This document shows positions 10,844-24,593 of a DNA stretch of 64,000 bases, in pieces; the first letter of the stretch is position 1; every line of letters starts with the position of its first letter. The DNA comes from Ancylonema sp. (taxonomy: Eukaryota), in assembly GCA_050230475.1 (NCBI GenBank), contig JBFLGF010000073.1:1-64000 (forward strand). Direction: 5' to 3'. The notes beneath the pieces were generated by a model that was given only the letters and a program-made list of their open reading frames with translations, did not search any database and had not been told where the DNA came from. A program made the translations under genes and the position numbers.

Positions 10844-13800
10844 CTATCTGCCACTCTTGGCCCCACCCGATAGCTCCAGATTGGGGAGCAAGTGACATCT
10901 GAGCAGCCCAGCCTCCCCCCCATACCCCACCCACCGGTCGAACCCAGCATTCGGACACCATCTGAACTTGTGGACGGCAACCATCCTGGGCGCGTCTTTT
11001 AACAGAATTCCCAAAACGCCGCCCTCATTGGCCGAGGCTCCCCTTTTTGCGCCCCTCACATGCCCCTTCCCCTTCTTCACTACCACCCCATCCCCCCCAG
11101 CCCCCATCACCATCCCATCATTTCCTTCATCCTCCATCCTCTCTTCCCCTCCTCCTCCACCTCCTCCTCCTCCATCTCCTTCGTCTTCCTTTCTTGATAC
11201 CACAATCGCCATCAGATTAGAGGGTCTCTTCGTCGCCTCCCCCCCCCCTGCCGGCTCGTTGGCCTGAATGAGCCGAATCGGATCATCATCAGAGCAGAAC
11301 CGCCCTTTCTGTCCCACCCCTTCAAACCCCCCCGCCTGATGGTGCGGCACTCGCTCCCTGGAGTGGAATTTGCTGCCCACCCATTTGCTGCTCATCTGCC
11401 ACCCCCCCCCCCCCCAACCCTTTTCAGATTGATCCTGTGAGATCTCCCCACCCCTCCCTCAGCTCGCCCCCCGACCTGCCACTGGTGCACCGTGCCGTCC
11501 ATCGACACATACCCGACTTGACCTGACCCCCCATCACCCCACAGACTCTGCCCCTTGGTTCCGACCCTCTCCCCATCCCAGCCCTCCCCGTGGTGTTCCC
11601 CCAACCTGTGTGCAGCGACACCTGGCAGTCCCACAGTGCCAGGTGTCGGCACAGCAACGTGTGGATGTTGCTCCTGCCGCCTGCCACCTCGCCCGTCAAT
11701 GGATGGTCGGATAAGAGGTCCTCCACGCTGGCCAGTCGCATGCTGCCGTCGTCAGCGGCGATGAGGAGCAGCCTGGTCATGACAGCTGGCGCGTCAAAAG
11801 AAGCCCAGAAGGAGTCCCAGCCCCACCACCCCATCCCACCCCACCCCACCTTGGTACCAGGAGCCACTGCAGCGCCATCACCCATCCCCTGGCCACACTC
11901 ACTTCGCGAATGGGAGCGCAGGGCAGTCTGGAAAAAGGCGACCAATCAGGTGGCAGCTCCCCCCCCCCTTCTGCCGTCCTGTGTGGGCCCGCCCTCACCT
12001 CCTATCCCGCACTTCCAGCACGCCACTGTGGCCAGCTGTCACAAACAGATTCGAAGCCTCCTTCCCCCTGCCAACCGACTCTTTCCCATCAGGATCCAGA
12101 CAGCCCCCAGCCCCCAGCCCCGCACTCCACCTCCTTCCCCCCTGACCCCCCATTTCCATGTGCCTCACATGCCAGGTGGCGCCCACGCAAGAGCCCTGAT
12201 AGGCGCTGCTGACGTGGACAGGACACAGAGCACCCGGATGGCACTGCACTCCCCACCGCGGTCCAAGCCCAACCGCCAGATCGCCACCTGGCACCCAGAG
12301 AAGCAGTGGCAGATGAGTCTGGGGTGGATGGGTGGAGGGGTGGCTTGTGTCTCCTCACCGCCCCGTCGTGGAAGCCCACCAGGATCTCCTCCCAGGGGGG
12401 ATGGGGGCTCCACTCCACGGCCATGGGCAGACTGCGGCAGAGGGGGGGGGGGGGAGGGGGGTGAGACCTCTGCACATGCTCTGCCAACAAGTATGCAGTA
12501 GTGGCAAGTGCTCGAACTCAGGTCCCAAGTTTCGGGTTTCAGATGAGAGGTGTTGGATTCTAGAATTGGAACATTATCGGGTCTGGAATTTCGGGTTTTG
12601 GGTTTTGGGTTTCGGATACCGATTTCTGGGCTCAGGAGTACTGGTATGGCTGCCCCCCCCTACCTGGGTCTGGCCCCCAGGTTGCTGCACGAGAATACAG
12701 GCGCCAGCTGGACCACTAGAATTGATGAGGTGGCACCATTTGATTGGGTCGGGGTGGAGAATAGTGGTCCCCGAGGCAGCTCCGCTACACTCTCAGGATT
12801 GGGCACACGGAACCTGAAGGGGGGCAGAAAGGTTGATAGGTTGACAGGTGGCGCCATGAGAGGCATTCCACGTGCGTGCCACCTGTGCCCTTATCACTCA
12901 CACTTGAACAGTGCCATCCCCCAGCACAGCCGCCAGATCTCCCATCCTCCCAGCCTTCCCCTCCAACCCTCTCTCCATCCCCGAAACCCCCATCCCGCCC
13001 CCCACCCCCACTTTCCACGGCTCCAGCGATCCAACCACAGGCCTCCATTTCAGATCCCGGGTCAGCCCCCCCTCGTGAGCGATTGCCATCGCCATGTGAG
13101 CCTTCCTCCCCCCCCCCACCTCTTCCCCCTCCCCTCCCTCCTGTGTGCCCCGACCTCTCCCCCGCCCCCTCTTCTGTCCCGCCTTTGCACCCTCTACCCC
13201 ATTGGCAGACTGACCCTCTTCCCCACCCACCCCTTCCCCCTTCCTCTTCCCTCGGCCTCTGCCCCTTCTCCTTCCCTTGCTCCCCTCCATGTCCCCCCCC
13301 TCTCCCCCCCCTTCCATCCTGCGTTCCTCCCCATGTCCCCTCCCCCTCCCCCCGTTTCCTCTTCCTCCCCCCCTCGTCTACGCCCTCCCCCCCCTCCTCC
13401 AAGTTAAGGGCCCATATCTGAATGACAGCCTTTTTCTTCAGAATGAGCTGGCCTATGGGTGTGGTGGGCGTCAGGGGGGGGTGGCATCCCACGGCCAGAT
13501 ACTGCCAAAACAGTAATCATTACACCCCGAACCTTTCTTTTCAGGGGTGGCCATGTGAATGAAATAGAATCTTACACCAATCACCCTCCAGTTATGACTG
13601 GTTTTAAAACCCTAGAACCCTCGTTGACTTCATCTCCCCCCCTCGTTGTAATTCCTACAAATGGAAGAAGCTTCCAGGCAACTTCTCTACGCGCATCTAG
13701 GAAGGTCCCGGGAAGTTTTCATGTTACCCCACCTGCACCCTCTTCACTGCGGTTGGAGAAGGTGGGGGGGGCTGGGGGCACCAGTCGAGGGCCCACACAG

Positions 13801-14746
13801 GGCCTCCCGTGGAAAGCACAAAGTCACTGAGGGAATGGCAGAATAGCAGCAATCAGGGGGCGCATATCTGCCATTTTGGCCACATTTGCCACTTTTGCCA
13901 TTTCTGGCGCTTTTGGTACCTCTACCTTCTAGCCTTTTTGCCACGTGCATTTCTGGGCGCAGTCTGCATTGCACACTCACTCCTTTCACCACCTTCCCTA
14001 AAATCCTTCCATCTGTTGGCGATGTAACCGCCACCTGGCAAGCGAACCTCCTGATGACAACTGGCAGGAAAGCCCTGCCAATCTCCTTCATCCTGTCTCA
14101 GATACTTTTCTAAGCCTGTTACATCCCCCCCCCCCACAACCCATACAGGCTGGTCCTCTGACCTGCTGCTCTCTGTGCATCCTTCGCCAGCCTGGCATGG
14201 GGATGGAGAGGGGAGTGTTGGTTAGGAGTATCGGTATCGGTATCGGTATCGGTGCTTTCTTCCGCATCATGACACCTGGCACTCGAACTTGCTACTCGGA
14301 ATGGGGGGAGAAGAGGGTCGCTCTCCTCCTTCGACCTCGGGCATTTTCTAGGAAGCTTCCTCTCAATGAGGCGATTTCGGCTCCCTCTCATGGAAAGCCG
14401 GTCTTTATTGTTAGTCCTCGTGGAATAAGGCCGCTAGTCTAAAATAAAACCCTAAAAATCGAAAACCCTTTAAATCTAGTAAGATGTAGATGAATCGAAG
14501 CTTTTCAGATGATCCCCACCTTTGCACTTGGAACGAACTTGGCATAGGTCAGTCTTTACTCATATCGACTTCTGTGTACTTATATTGACCCGCTTCACTC
14601 ATCTTGGCTGACCTTGACTCACGCACACATACCTTCACCTCTCTTAAATATCTCAATTTCTGTGTTCCATTCATTTCAACCCCTTCAAACTTATCTGAAT
14701 CATCTATGCTGGAACATCCTGACCTAACTTTAAGCTTATCTAACAA
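10844..14746 (-). CDS. WD40-repeat protein similar to plant TFIIIC subunit beta (GTF3C2-like)
   Basis: Spliced motifs FVLSTGGPVWALDWCP, YLAVGCHP...VIQIWAL, MAIAHEGGLTRDLKWRP...RMGDLAAVLGDGTVQV, SLPMAVEWSPHPPWEEILVGFHDG, PIRALAWAP, LFVTAGHSG and C-terminal APRMVAVHKFRWCPNAGFDRWVGYGGEAGLLRC. There is a frameshift in the G-rich stretch ~13320-13400. The 5' end is uncertain and may reach ~15365. Confidence 0.75.
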
Positions 14747-16318
14747 AAAAGCACTCTGACATCTTCACTTACTATATTTATCTCAATTCATGGCTTCAGC
14801 AGTACCATCTGTGATATCCCACCTGGGTTAAGTTCCTGATCAAACACCAGAGATGATTCTCGTTCTGCTACTATCACTTTGATCACAAACAGGAGCTACA
14901 GCCATGGTGAGCGACAGCCATTTGTTTGTGTGAAAATGGAAGAAGGAAGAGATTGCATACTCATGTGTTTAAAGTATTGGAGGGAGCCGATGGGCCCAAG
15001 GTGTGACCGAGTATGTAGTCGACAATCTATATCCATGTGTATAAGCGAAACCCGTGAGGCACTGAAAAGCGAGCAGGGCAGAAAATGGAAGGACTGTGCA
15101 ATTTCAGGTGAGACGGGCAGGTCGTGGTAGAGGGGATAATATTGCTGTAGGGGGTTGATAAGGGCGCTGGACATACCGGCTGGGCGGGGATGGAGTATGA
15201 TTCGAAGAGAGGGATTTTCAGGGGCTCCTCTGCCACGTTAGCAGGCTGAGTCAGCAGGGGAAGTGAAAATGGTGCGAGGGCGGCAATGTGTAGTGACGCC
15301 AAACTGGTGACAGGCGATAGAAAGACAATGGCTTCTGTCAGTAGAGCGAAGCGTGTCAGAATCATGTTTTCGCATGAGCTCCAGCGAGCACTCTGATGGT
15401 AAATTTGGAAAAGACCGACCGAGCTTGTACAGGCTGATCGCCGACTGCAAGCTTTATTCTGGACTTAGCGGTGAAGAGGATTGGTGAGCGGAATGCGCGC
15501 CCAGAAACGCAATATTATGCATTGAAAGAGAGGCTGTTATTTGACGGCATATTGTACCGAAAGATAATGCGCAGTAATCAATTGATTGGGGGAAAGGGCC
15601 AAGATTATGCACGAAAAATCAATTGAACGGTGTTATCTGACTCGGAATGTCAACAACTGTACAACAAATTCATCGACCATTTGTTTCTGAAACGGAGTGG
15701 GACGGAACACTCACCTGGGCGAAAGCCGTGTCGCACCTGCAAGTCCTCTCGCGACCTCTTCTGATGGCGCCATTTTCTGCAGATGGCGGCAATAGTAGTC
15801 GCCTCAAGCCCGACCTTAGCGGAGCGGACAGCTGATCTTCAGTACCTCACATGTTGCAAGAATTCTCTGCGAGAGGAATCACCAACTGATAAATTGCGCC
15901 ATCTCCTTGAAAGACGCCGGGTCCGCCGGAAGAAGGCGCGGCGTTCAGATTTTCTGGCGTAAAATTTTAGGCACCATTTGTTTACAGCGGAGAAACGGCG
16001 AAACGTCGGTGTCGACACAAGCAAGCACTGCCAGAGCCAGAGAGGCTCGAGAGGCACAAATGAAACAACCTTTTGACGTGATGGCGCTAATGTAATCTGC
16101 CACTTAGACTTCTTGGGAGGAGTTCGCAGTCGACCATGACGTCCACTTGACGTCACGCAATTCGTCATTTCTCAGCGAGGAAAGCGGGCGCAGGAAATGC
16201 TGTTGGACACCCACATCGGGTATCATCCTCGCGCAGTAATTTTTTACATGCAGACTATTTCAGTAATATTATTGCAAAGGGCGCCCAGCCCCCTCGCAGT
16301 TTCTGCCACCACATTCTG

Positions 16319-19300
16319 ATGGCTGCTGCCGCTCCAAATGTGCCATTCGTGATCTCGCCCACCAAGAACAGCATTCCGTTACAAGAATCGGTCGCATTCT
16401 TGAGTGAAGATATGAATAAAAGACGGCAGACGCCAGACTGTGCGGAGGAGTTGGGGGAGCACGACTTACCGCATGACACGGCGCATATTGCGCCACCTGT
16501 CTTGTTACCATGTGATGAGGAATGCAACCAGGACGATAACGCATTACCAGGCAAACCCAAGCGCCAGCTAGCATATTGGCAAGGGCCCTTGCGCCCATTA
16601 TTTGACCTACATGATTGGCTGGTTTTACTATCTTCCGTGTTCGGCGCACCCCTCGTGATCGCAATCATTTTAGTTTACGGTGTGAACCAGGGATTTTCGG
16701 GATCTCTGCAAGATCTAGTGACAAGCTATTTCTGGAAGGACACTCTGCACATGGAGCCAGATGTCGCACAGGTGTATGGGGTGAGGGTCTCCACCTGATT
16801 CGAAGGCAGGGCTGTCAGGCCCCGCTAGTCATTGGAGTAGAAGGGAAACAGTCGCAGATGGCAGAGGCTGGGGGGATGGTGTGTGTGCTTAGGTGACAGG
16901 GGTTGCAGGTGGGGGGGTCCCAACCGCATCAACTCAGTCGCTCATTCATTGATTTACCCTACTTGTTTGTGAGAAATTTGAGAAACTCGAACAATTTTTC
17001 ACCAAATATCATCAGATACTCAGGCTGTGCCAACCGCACTCTCCAACTGCAATTCCGGTTCCAACATTTCAGAGGATTACAGACGACTTGTTTCCAGGGC
17101 ATTGACTGCGGTCACTTGGTTTGGTTTGGCAGGGTGTCTCCGCCCTCCCCTGGGATCTGAAACCAATCTACGGGCTCATCACGGACGCCTTCCCAATCTA
17201 TGGGTCTGGTAGCCCCTCACCTCTCACTAACACCCCTTACCATGCCCTTATGACTTCTCGCATTGTCCCACCAAGATTGAGTATTAGCTCTGGCCTTGTA
17301 TCCGCCCACACATACATGCATTGGACTCACCCTCATGCACACACACATCATCGCATACATACCTCATCACATACATACATCACCCACACCTTCATCTACA
17401 CATGTGTATGCATACACACCTAAAAATCAAACAAGGTACGTCATAAGTCACAAATGTCTAGTCCTTTCCTCCACTCCCACGCCGCCACCTCATCCTCCTC
17501 CTCCATCCCCTCTTCAACATCTCCAGATTCCGGCGCTCCCCCTACCTGGCCCTTCTCGCCTCCCTAGGCATGCTGTGCTGGTGGACCCTCGCGCTGCTGC
17601 CAGCTGTCACGCCCCTAGGCGCAGCCTTCCTCCTCTCTGGCGTGGCTCTCTCCACTGCCTTCCCTGACGTCGTCATCGATGCCGTGGTGGCGCAGTCAAC
17701 CAGGATCGACCCCAGATTGGCGGGGGACTTGCAGGTACGAGCACATCCCCCTCTACCCTTACCCTCCCAAGATGCCTTTGGTGAGTGTGGGTGCATCCGC
17801 TCTTTCCTGGAATTTTCCGGACACCTTCCCTCGACACCTCTACCTTCCTCTCTCCAGAATCCGATCTTCCTTTTTCCGATGACCAATCATTGACGCCCCC
17901 ACGTTCTCTCTCTGTATTGCCACCTGGCATCCCCTATTCCTCCCTTGCCACGTGTCACCTCCAGAGCCTCTCCTGGGGCTCCATGGCGGCCGGAGGTCTG
18001 GTCGGGTACTCAGTATCCGGTCCCGCTGTTGCCGCCTGTGGCATCAAAGCCTCCTTCCTCCTCCTCTCCCTCACATTTGGAGCGCTCCTGTTGGCCGCAC
18101 GCATCCTCCCCGACAAGCGAATGCCATCCCAGCTGCAACGACTGGGGCTGGCGAGGCTGGGCAAGAGCTGTCACTTGTTCGTCAGGACCGTGCGTCAGAG
18201 AGCGATTTGGAGACCTGCTTTGTTCATCTACCTCGTGCATGTGAGGAAGGGAAAGGGGGAGGCTCTGCAGGATTGGCCCGTCCTTCAACCGTCAAAGTTC
18301 TCTGGCGAAGGGGATCTATATCACAAAACTTTTAGCTCTTCTGTCCTTCGACAAATGTTTTTTTTTTCTGTATCTGAATATTCCAGACCATTCTGCCACC
18401 CTGGCATCACTCACTTGCGTGCTTTTTGCCGCCACACCCCCTTTGTCATTTTGCCACTTGATTCTATTCTGCCACTTTTCCGAAATTTGCCACATTTTCT
18501 CAACCTGTCACCACTGTTCCGGTAACCTCGGCTACCACCCCTCTTCTGACTCTCCCCCCTCACCCTCCCTCCACGCCACATGGCGCCTCCTCAGGGCGCC
18601 ATCAGTCCCGACATCTCGACCGCCCTGTTCTTCTGGTACACAGACCCCGTGGCTGGCCCGGGGTTCAGCTCCGGGTTTATGGGCGCAGTGTATGCCATCG
18701 GTTACGTGGGATCGCTGGCGGGGGTGGCAGTCTACAACACCTGGCTCAAACACCACTCCTATCGTTACATGCTCTTCTGGGCGCAGGGGGGGGAGGGCGC
18801 ACCTGTTGCTCTGTAGGGGGGAGGGGGGAGGGGGTTGTGCTACGTTGTTAGCAGCCCGCTTTTGTTTACTCTCCAGCAAGTGGGCTTCATTTGCACAATG
18901 CAGTACAGCCTCCCGCATGTGTTTCTTACACCCCCCCTCCCTCTGTCTCCCCCCTCTTCTCCTGCCACAGATATTGATGACAACAGCGGGGGTTTTGGAT
19001 CTCATATTGGTGACAAGAACCAATCAATGGCTCGGAATCCCCGACGCAATTTTTGGGATCGGAGATAAGGCCGCATCAGATGCCGTCAGGCGGCTGCAGC
19101 TCCTCCCCATCCTCGTTTTGGCGGCTCACTTATGTCCGCCGGGCATTGAGGGGACGTTGTTTGCGTTCCTAATGTCGGTTTCCAATTTCGGTACGCATTC
19201 AGGGCAGTGGATCGGGGCGGTGTTGTTGCGGTTTCTTGGGGTTTCGAGGGGCAATTATTCGAGACTTTGGTTGGCTGTAGTGATTCGGACAGTCATGCGA

Positions 19301-19516
19301 CTGTTACCCATTCTGTTCCTCAAATTAGTTCCGGAAGGCAACGCAGATACGGTAATTGCTCTAGAGGTAGACGGGGGGGAGCGGGAGGGTGTTGGGGGTG
19401 GGGATGGGGGGGTAGAAGAACAGAGAGGGGGGATGGGTAAAGGAGAGGAAGATAAGGGGAAAGTAGAAGAGGAAATGTCGCTACTCATGGATTCCAGTCT
19501 TCCAGCCGTTGTATAG
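16319..19516 (+). CDS. Folate-biopterin transporter (BT1 family, MFS)
   Basis: Spliced motifs VYGVNQGFSG, ALPWDLKPIYGLITDAFPIYG, AFPDVVIDAVVA, LQSLSWGSMAAGG, DLILVTRTNQWLGIPD, LAAHLCPPGIEGTLFAFLMSVSNFG. Confidence 0.92.
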
Positions 19517-20156
19517 GGATATGTGATCTATGTTTGGTTTTTAAGATTTGCCAAAGGTGTTGGCATGTGTACAGTGTTGCTTGCTTTGATAGTAGTGAAA
19601 ATGTGCGGGCCAAATTGGTAGGACGTGTTTATGATGTTAAGGCAGATTTTATATTGAAAATGAGATGACAGAGGTTGGATAATATCAGTTGATAAGTAGA
19701 TAAATATCTTGATTACTAATTCTAGTTTCGAATTATAATTTCTGCAAACAGCAAAAGCAAGAAATATTTTCCCCCCCAAATGTCTGGTACAATGCAAATC
19801 TCTGTAGAGCCTATTCACAGAAACTTTGCGCGTTCACATAATTTGGATAAAAGCAGTATTACAAATGCAGCTCCTTTGGGCAAGATAGGTGCTGTCAGAA
19901 TGCAAACTAGCTTCCAGAAGGAGACTAGTATCTAATCGAAGGCTGCTAGATAATTCTACTCACAAATTGTACGACTCTGGACTCGTGATGATGCAGCCGC
20001 ATTGGGTCGTCACCTTATTGAAGGAAGAACTATGTCACACCGATTACCATCTGCACAACCAAGTCTGTCCTCGGATTTCAAACTATTTTTACACCTCTTG
20101 TGTGCCATTCTTTTTGTACATTGGCACCAATTGGCATTTGCATATTACCAGCGATT

Positions 20157-23100
20157 TCAAAAGTCAAAAATGTTGCATTGCTTCACGATTTCGTTGTCAT
20201 AGTCCACGTATTTGGACCAAAACGGGCGAAAAGCAATGATTGCCATTTCTAGCCAGGGCTTTGCAGGTCCATTGAAATGAATCACCGCGGCGTTCTTGAT
20301 GGCTTCAGGGTCGCTGTCTGGCTGGTACCCCAACCCTAACATATGCCACGAAGCATTCAACGGCTGCAACTGCCCCTCGAAGGCGATTAAAGCCGGAGGC
20401 AAAGTACCTAACCTCCACAACGTCAGGTTGTGTTGTAGATTCTGCATAACCGAGTCCAAAAACGCCATGCTTCAGGTCCTTGCAGACCCAGTACTGTTGG
20501 TAGGTGTGGAGTATGGAACTGCTGACTGTCACTCTTCTGGGGTAGTGCTAGTATGAGAGCCAATTCAAGTGAATCCAAATGAACAACTATACACTGTCCA
20601 GCGCATCCCAAACGAAAGCGCCACCAGTTCTACGTTCAATCTGTCCGTATCATATCAGTGACACACCATCCAGTAGCATTTCTAGTGCTCACACATGCTG
20701 TATGAAATTGCTGGTGTGCTACACCATCCCATAAATGAGAGTCGGAGAGAAATGGAGTCAGGAAACGTACGAGTCGTTGCCACTTGTGGTAGATCTGTGT
20801 AATGTTTGTCTCTCGCCACCTGTCCAGGTCCATCACGATCATCCCATACGCCCATGCACATTGGTCAGGGTCCAGCGATTGGGCGATGAGAGGGTCGGAA
20901 AAGTTGAAGTAAGAACGGAAGCGCTTGCGCATCACCCATTGGTCAGCTCCCTGGCAGGTCAGCACAGCTCCAAGCACTTTCCCCTGGAGGTCTGTCTCCC
21001 ACAACCCGAGAAGGTCCTTCTGGATCACTGCCCCATCATGTCCCCGGAAAGAAAGGTCAAATCAGAAAAGTATATCCTCCTATGCATCTGACTAATATGT
21101 CAGATAACGAAACAAGGTCACCGCCCAGCAATCAATACGCTGCCCTGATTGCTACATTCATAGCCTCACTGCCTTGCAAGAAGGATACTTGGGACGAAAT
21201 TTGCAGCAGCTATGATAGGGAGCTGGATGCAAATGAAAAATAAAGAAATGTCAATTACAGATGATGATTGTACGGTATGGATGCATTACACGACTTCATC
21301 CGCCAGTGGCGAGTGCCAGTCAGCTTAAGGGTGCCTTATCATAGACCTCAGCACTTACCCACGTCGTCGTCCAGAAAGATCACTTTCTTCAGCTTAGGGA
21401 AGACCTGCAATGAGACGTGAGGGTCCAAGAAAGTACCCCTAGCTTCAGATGGTACCAAAAAAGGAGATGGGTGTGCTTTCCGACCCAGTACAAAATGTAA
21501 TGACTTCAGAGACTAACGCGTTTTCACAGAAAATCACTCTCAGTTGAAATCGGCTCCAAGTGAAAATTTGTATGAAAACAGAGGCATGCGTTTCAACTAC
21601 CGATTCTAGATACCTAAACCGAAAGCACATGCAGACTGCCGATTCCGCATCTGGCTTCCAATTTATGCCTATCCTGGTCAATCCTGGTTGAAACCTGCAT
21701 TCTTTGGACGTGTACAGAAGTTTATGGTGGTTTCAGGTTCGGGATAGGGTACTAGAGCTGACCATAGGCAAATACATGCGCAGGTGGTTCATTATGGAGA
21801 TGTACTTAGGATTCCTGGCAGCCAGCTTGGCAGACAGAATTGCTGGCGAATCAAACGAGTTGGGGGACAGGTTGGTATTATCTCCAAAGTAGTGATTCGT
21901 CAGAGCTTCTGAACCTTGAAGAAATTCTTGGACTGGCATCGTCCCATTGGACATGGACTCCAGCTCATCTATGCTAAGCACTTCTACTACAGCAGCCTGT
22001 GGAGGGTAGAGGGAGAACCAAGCATGCATCGCTGGGAAGGACATACCATCTGTTATGATGTGGACCACAAGGTCCTCGGCACTGGCCGAGTTCTGGACAG
22101 CGGATGCTACCAGTACAGATGCAGCAAAAATGTTGTCTGTTATCAAGACTAAATGCAATAGGCTGTTATCATACAGACGAGGAACTAGAGCAGGAGCAGG
22201 GAGAGGTTTGCTGGCGAGAGGATTGGCTGCATGCTCTGCTGTTAATCTTAGCTCGAGACAATGCAACCCTTTGGGTATTGCTTTGGAAGCAAAATGGCGG
22301 TAAAGAGCTCTTTGCAACTTGGCAACCCTAGCCCTCTCTTCTTGAACCTCTACCTGAGGGGGAAAAAAAAAAAAAAGGTGGAGCAAGGTCAAGCTCTAAT
22401 TCAGAAAAGTTGCACGAAAACGACAAGACTAGGATCCCTTTATCATCACTGTCTACAGGACTGAGTGCATGGTTCAAGAATTCATGGGAAGCCGGGGTTG
22501 TGCCAGCTTGTGATGGCCTGACTTATCAAAAGACATTGCTCTCTTGCAAGCACGGACACTGCACGTGCAGAATGACTCCTGCTGCTGTTGACGTTTTGGG
22601 ATTATTCAGGTCATGACTTCATGCCTAGAAATGCAAGAACAGTGACAAAATGATAAACTCACTGATTGGGGACTCACAAAAGTGAGTCCCCAATCAATCC
22701 GTCTGTCAAGGCAGTGGTATTGAGCTTCGTGGCAATAAGATTTTCCTTCCTGTTCCGTTTTTTCAGCAAGCTGGCAGCGTAGGAGCGGTGGCAGGTCCAC
22801 AGACAACATGGCATGGAATCAGTGTGTCAACAATGACCTGCTCAGACTCACCATCAATTTCAACTTGGAAATGAGTGTCGCTGTGTCAAAGTGCATCTCC
22901 TTTGCCATTGCTGCAAGCTGATTGACTGTTTCCGGAAGATTGTCATGCGCAGAACGCACGTCACTGCCGGCTTTGAGGGCAGCGAGTAATGCTGATGGAG
23001 ACCTGATGACTGCCGGCTATCACAAAGATTATCACAGCAGTATTTCAAAAAGAGCTCAGCATGGCATTTGGTATCTTGTCGAATTATGCAAGGTTTAAGT

Positions 23101-23830
23101 ACTTTTGCCATGACAACTCTCATGTCTATCATTGTACAATCTGCAGTTGTCTTTGTCAATAAGCACCTTGGGCTGTGCAGAGAGAGAGAGAATATTTGTA
23201 TGATTACACATCATCAATCGACCTCTCTGCAAGAGCATGTACGTGGGCAATCATGCAAGATGGAGCGAGGACCACCATCGGCTCACCTCAAGTTGTCCTT
23301 GGGCTACCGGCTCAGTTGACACACTACTTTGGCTTTCGTAGAGGCACCCTGCCAAAGCAAAAAATAGCAACGGCCACTGGTATTCCGCACTGAAATATAT
23401 TTGTGCTTCATGAGCTCCTCAACTGCGGATCAGCAGAATGAAAGATTTATCGGACACTCAATCAGACAGATTGCTGATAAGAAGCGTTTGACAATGATTT
23501 GTAGGCCTTCACAAAGTACACTGGCTTGCTAAATTGCGTACCCATGTTTTACTAACCCGAATAAAATTTTCACCTGAATCAGAGAACTCATCCAAACATC
23601 CAATCGGGCACGCACTGTATCAGCTATACCTCCTACTGCTGTTTACCTCCGTTTGCGCACTTATTCAACAAGTCGAGCTTGCGCGTAGCACCAATAATGA
23701 AGACAAAGGGGAACAAGAATGCTGCGAAAAGAAACAGATACACCAGGGATCTGTACGAGAATAATTTGGATGGTCTTTGTCTGACAAGCCTGCTAACACG
23801 AGAAGCTTTTGGAGTCTGTGTGCGTCGCAT
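20157..23830 (-). CDS. GAUT: Galacturonosyltransferase (GT8, GAUT12-15-like)
   Basis: N-terminal type II anchor FSYRSLVYLFLFAAFLFPFVFI; AIPKGLHCLELRLTAE; ARNPKYISIMNHLRMYLP; KVIFLDDDV (DxD); FRSYFNFSDP...CAWAYGM; LWRLGTLPPALIAF; WHMLGLGY; AAVIHFNGPAKPWL. Confidence 0.93.
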
Positions 23831-24558
23831 TGCTCGGTGGGACAGTCTTCAGTCTCACAGAGCTGATCTGCACGGTTGATGCTCCTGTTCCGAACAGCAA
23901 AAATCTGACGTGCATTTTCCTGATCTTTCGATCCTCTTCTGAGTCATGTGCATTCGAAGCGAACGACAAGAATCCTACAGATATGACTGGGAGAGCGCGT
24001 TCCGAGATCATTCAGTGCACACCAGCCTGTCCGCCATACCAAGATTCTATCTGCTTCAATGGCACTCTGCAGCAGTGCTATCCATAACGTTCCGAGAAAC
24101 TCTACGATTTGATAAATGTGGCTGACTTTTGGAGGCTGGTGAGCAAACGCCCGGTCAATTCCTAGCTTGGGAGCGGGAACTGGTACTGCTGTTGAACCTA
24201 CTGTAGAACTGGTACTGCTGTTCAAATCTGCGATGGTACTCTAGTTGGCACATCAGAGACTGGTCGGGTTGGGCCGCCCGCCTGATCACCCAGCCGTCTA
24301 CCAGCCCATCTTCGCCTCTGCGGCTGGGGATATGTCCAGCCGCCGTCCGAGGGGAAGCAGACGCGGTTGGGCGAGGGCGCATCTGCGGTTGGCCGGGTGG
24401 GCGAGAGGACAATTGGTACTCGGGTGGGTGAGGTACAAAAGATGGTTGTCTCGCATCGGTAGCCAAATATTTGTTATAAAAGTGAACAGTTAGCGTTAGA
24501 GTTAGAGTTAGAGTTAGCAGCGCACCTTCGGGAATCGGGTTTTTGTTTCCTATTTTGG

Positions 24559-24593
24559 CCCACCCGCGCCGGTGCGGGTGGGGCACACCCTAG
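24559..24593 (+). mobile_element. GC-rich hairpin followed by CTAG (possible Helitron 3' terminus)
   Basis: CCCACCCGC-GCCGGT-GCGGGTGGG-GCACACC-CTAG; the 16-mer GGGTGGGGCACACCCT recurs at 25425-25440. Confidence 0.3.

Noticed and set aside
11590..13516. Long Pro-rich plus-strand ORFs
   Set aside because: Antisense shadows of the G-rich WD40 gene on the minus strand
24488..24517. (GTTAGA)n and scattered TTTAGGG/AAACCCTA motifs as a telomere
   Set aside because: Only ~5 degenerate units or single telo-box motifs, with no array
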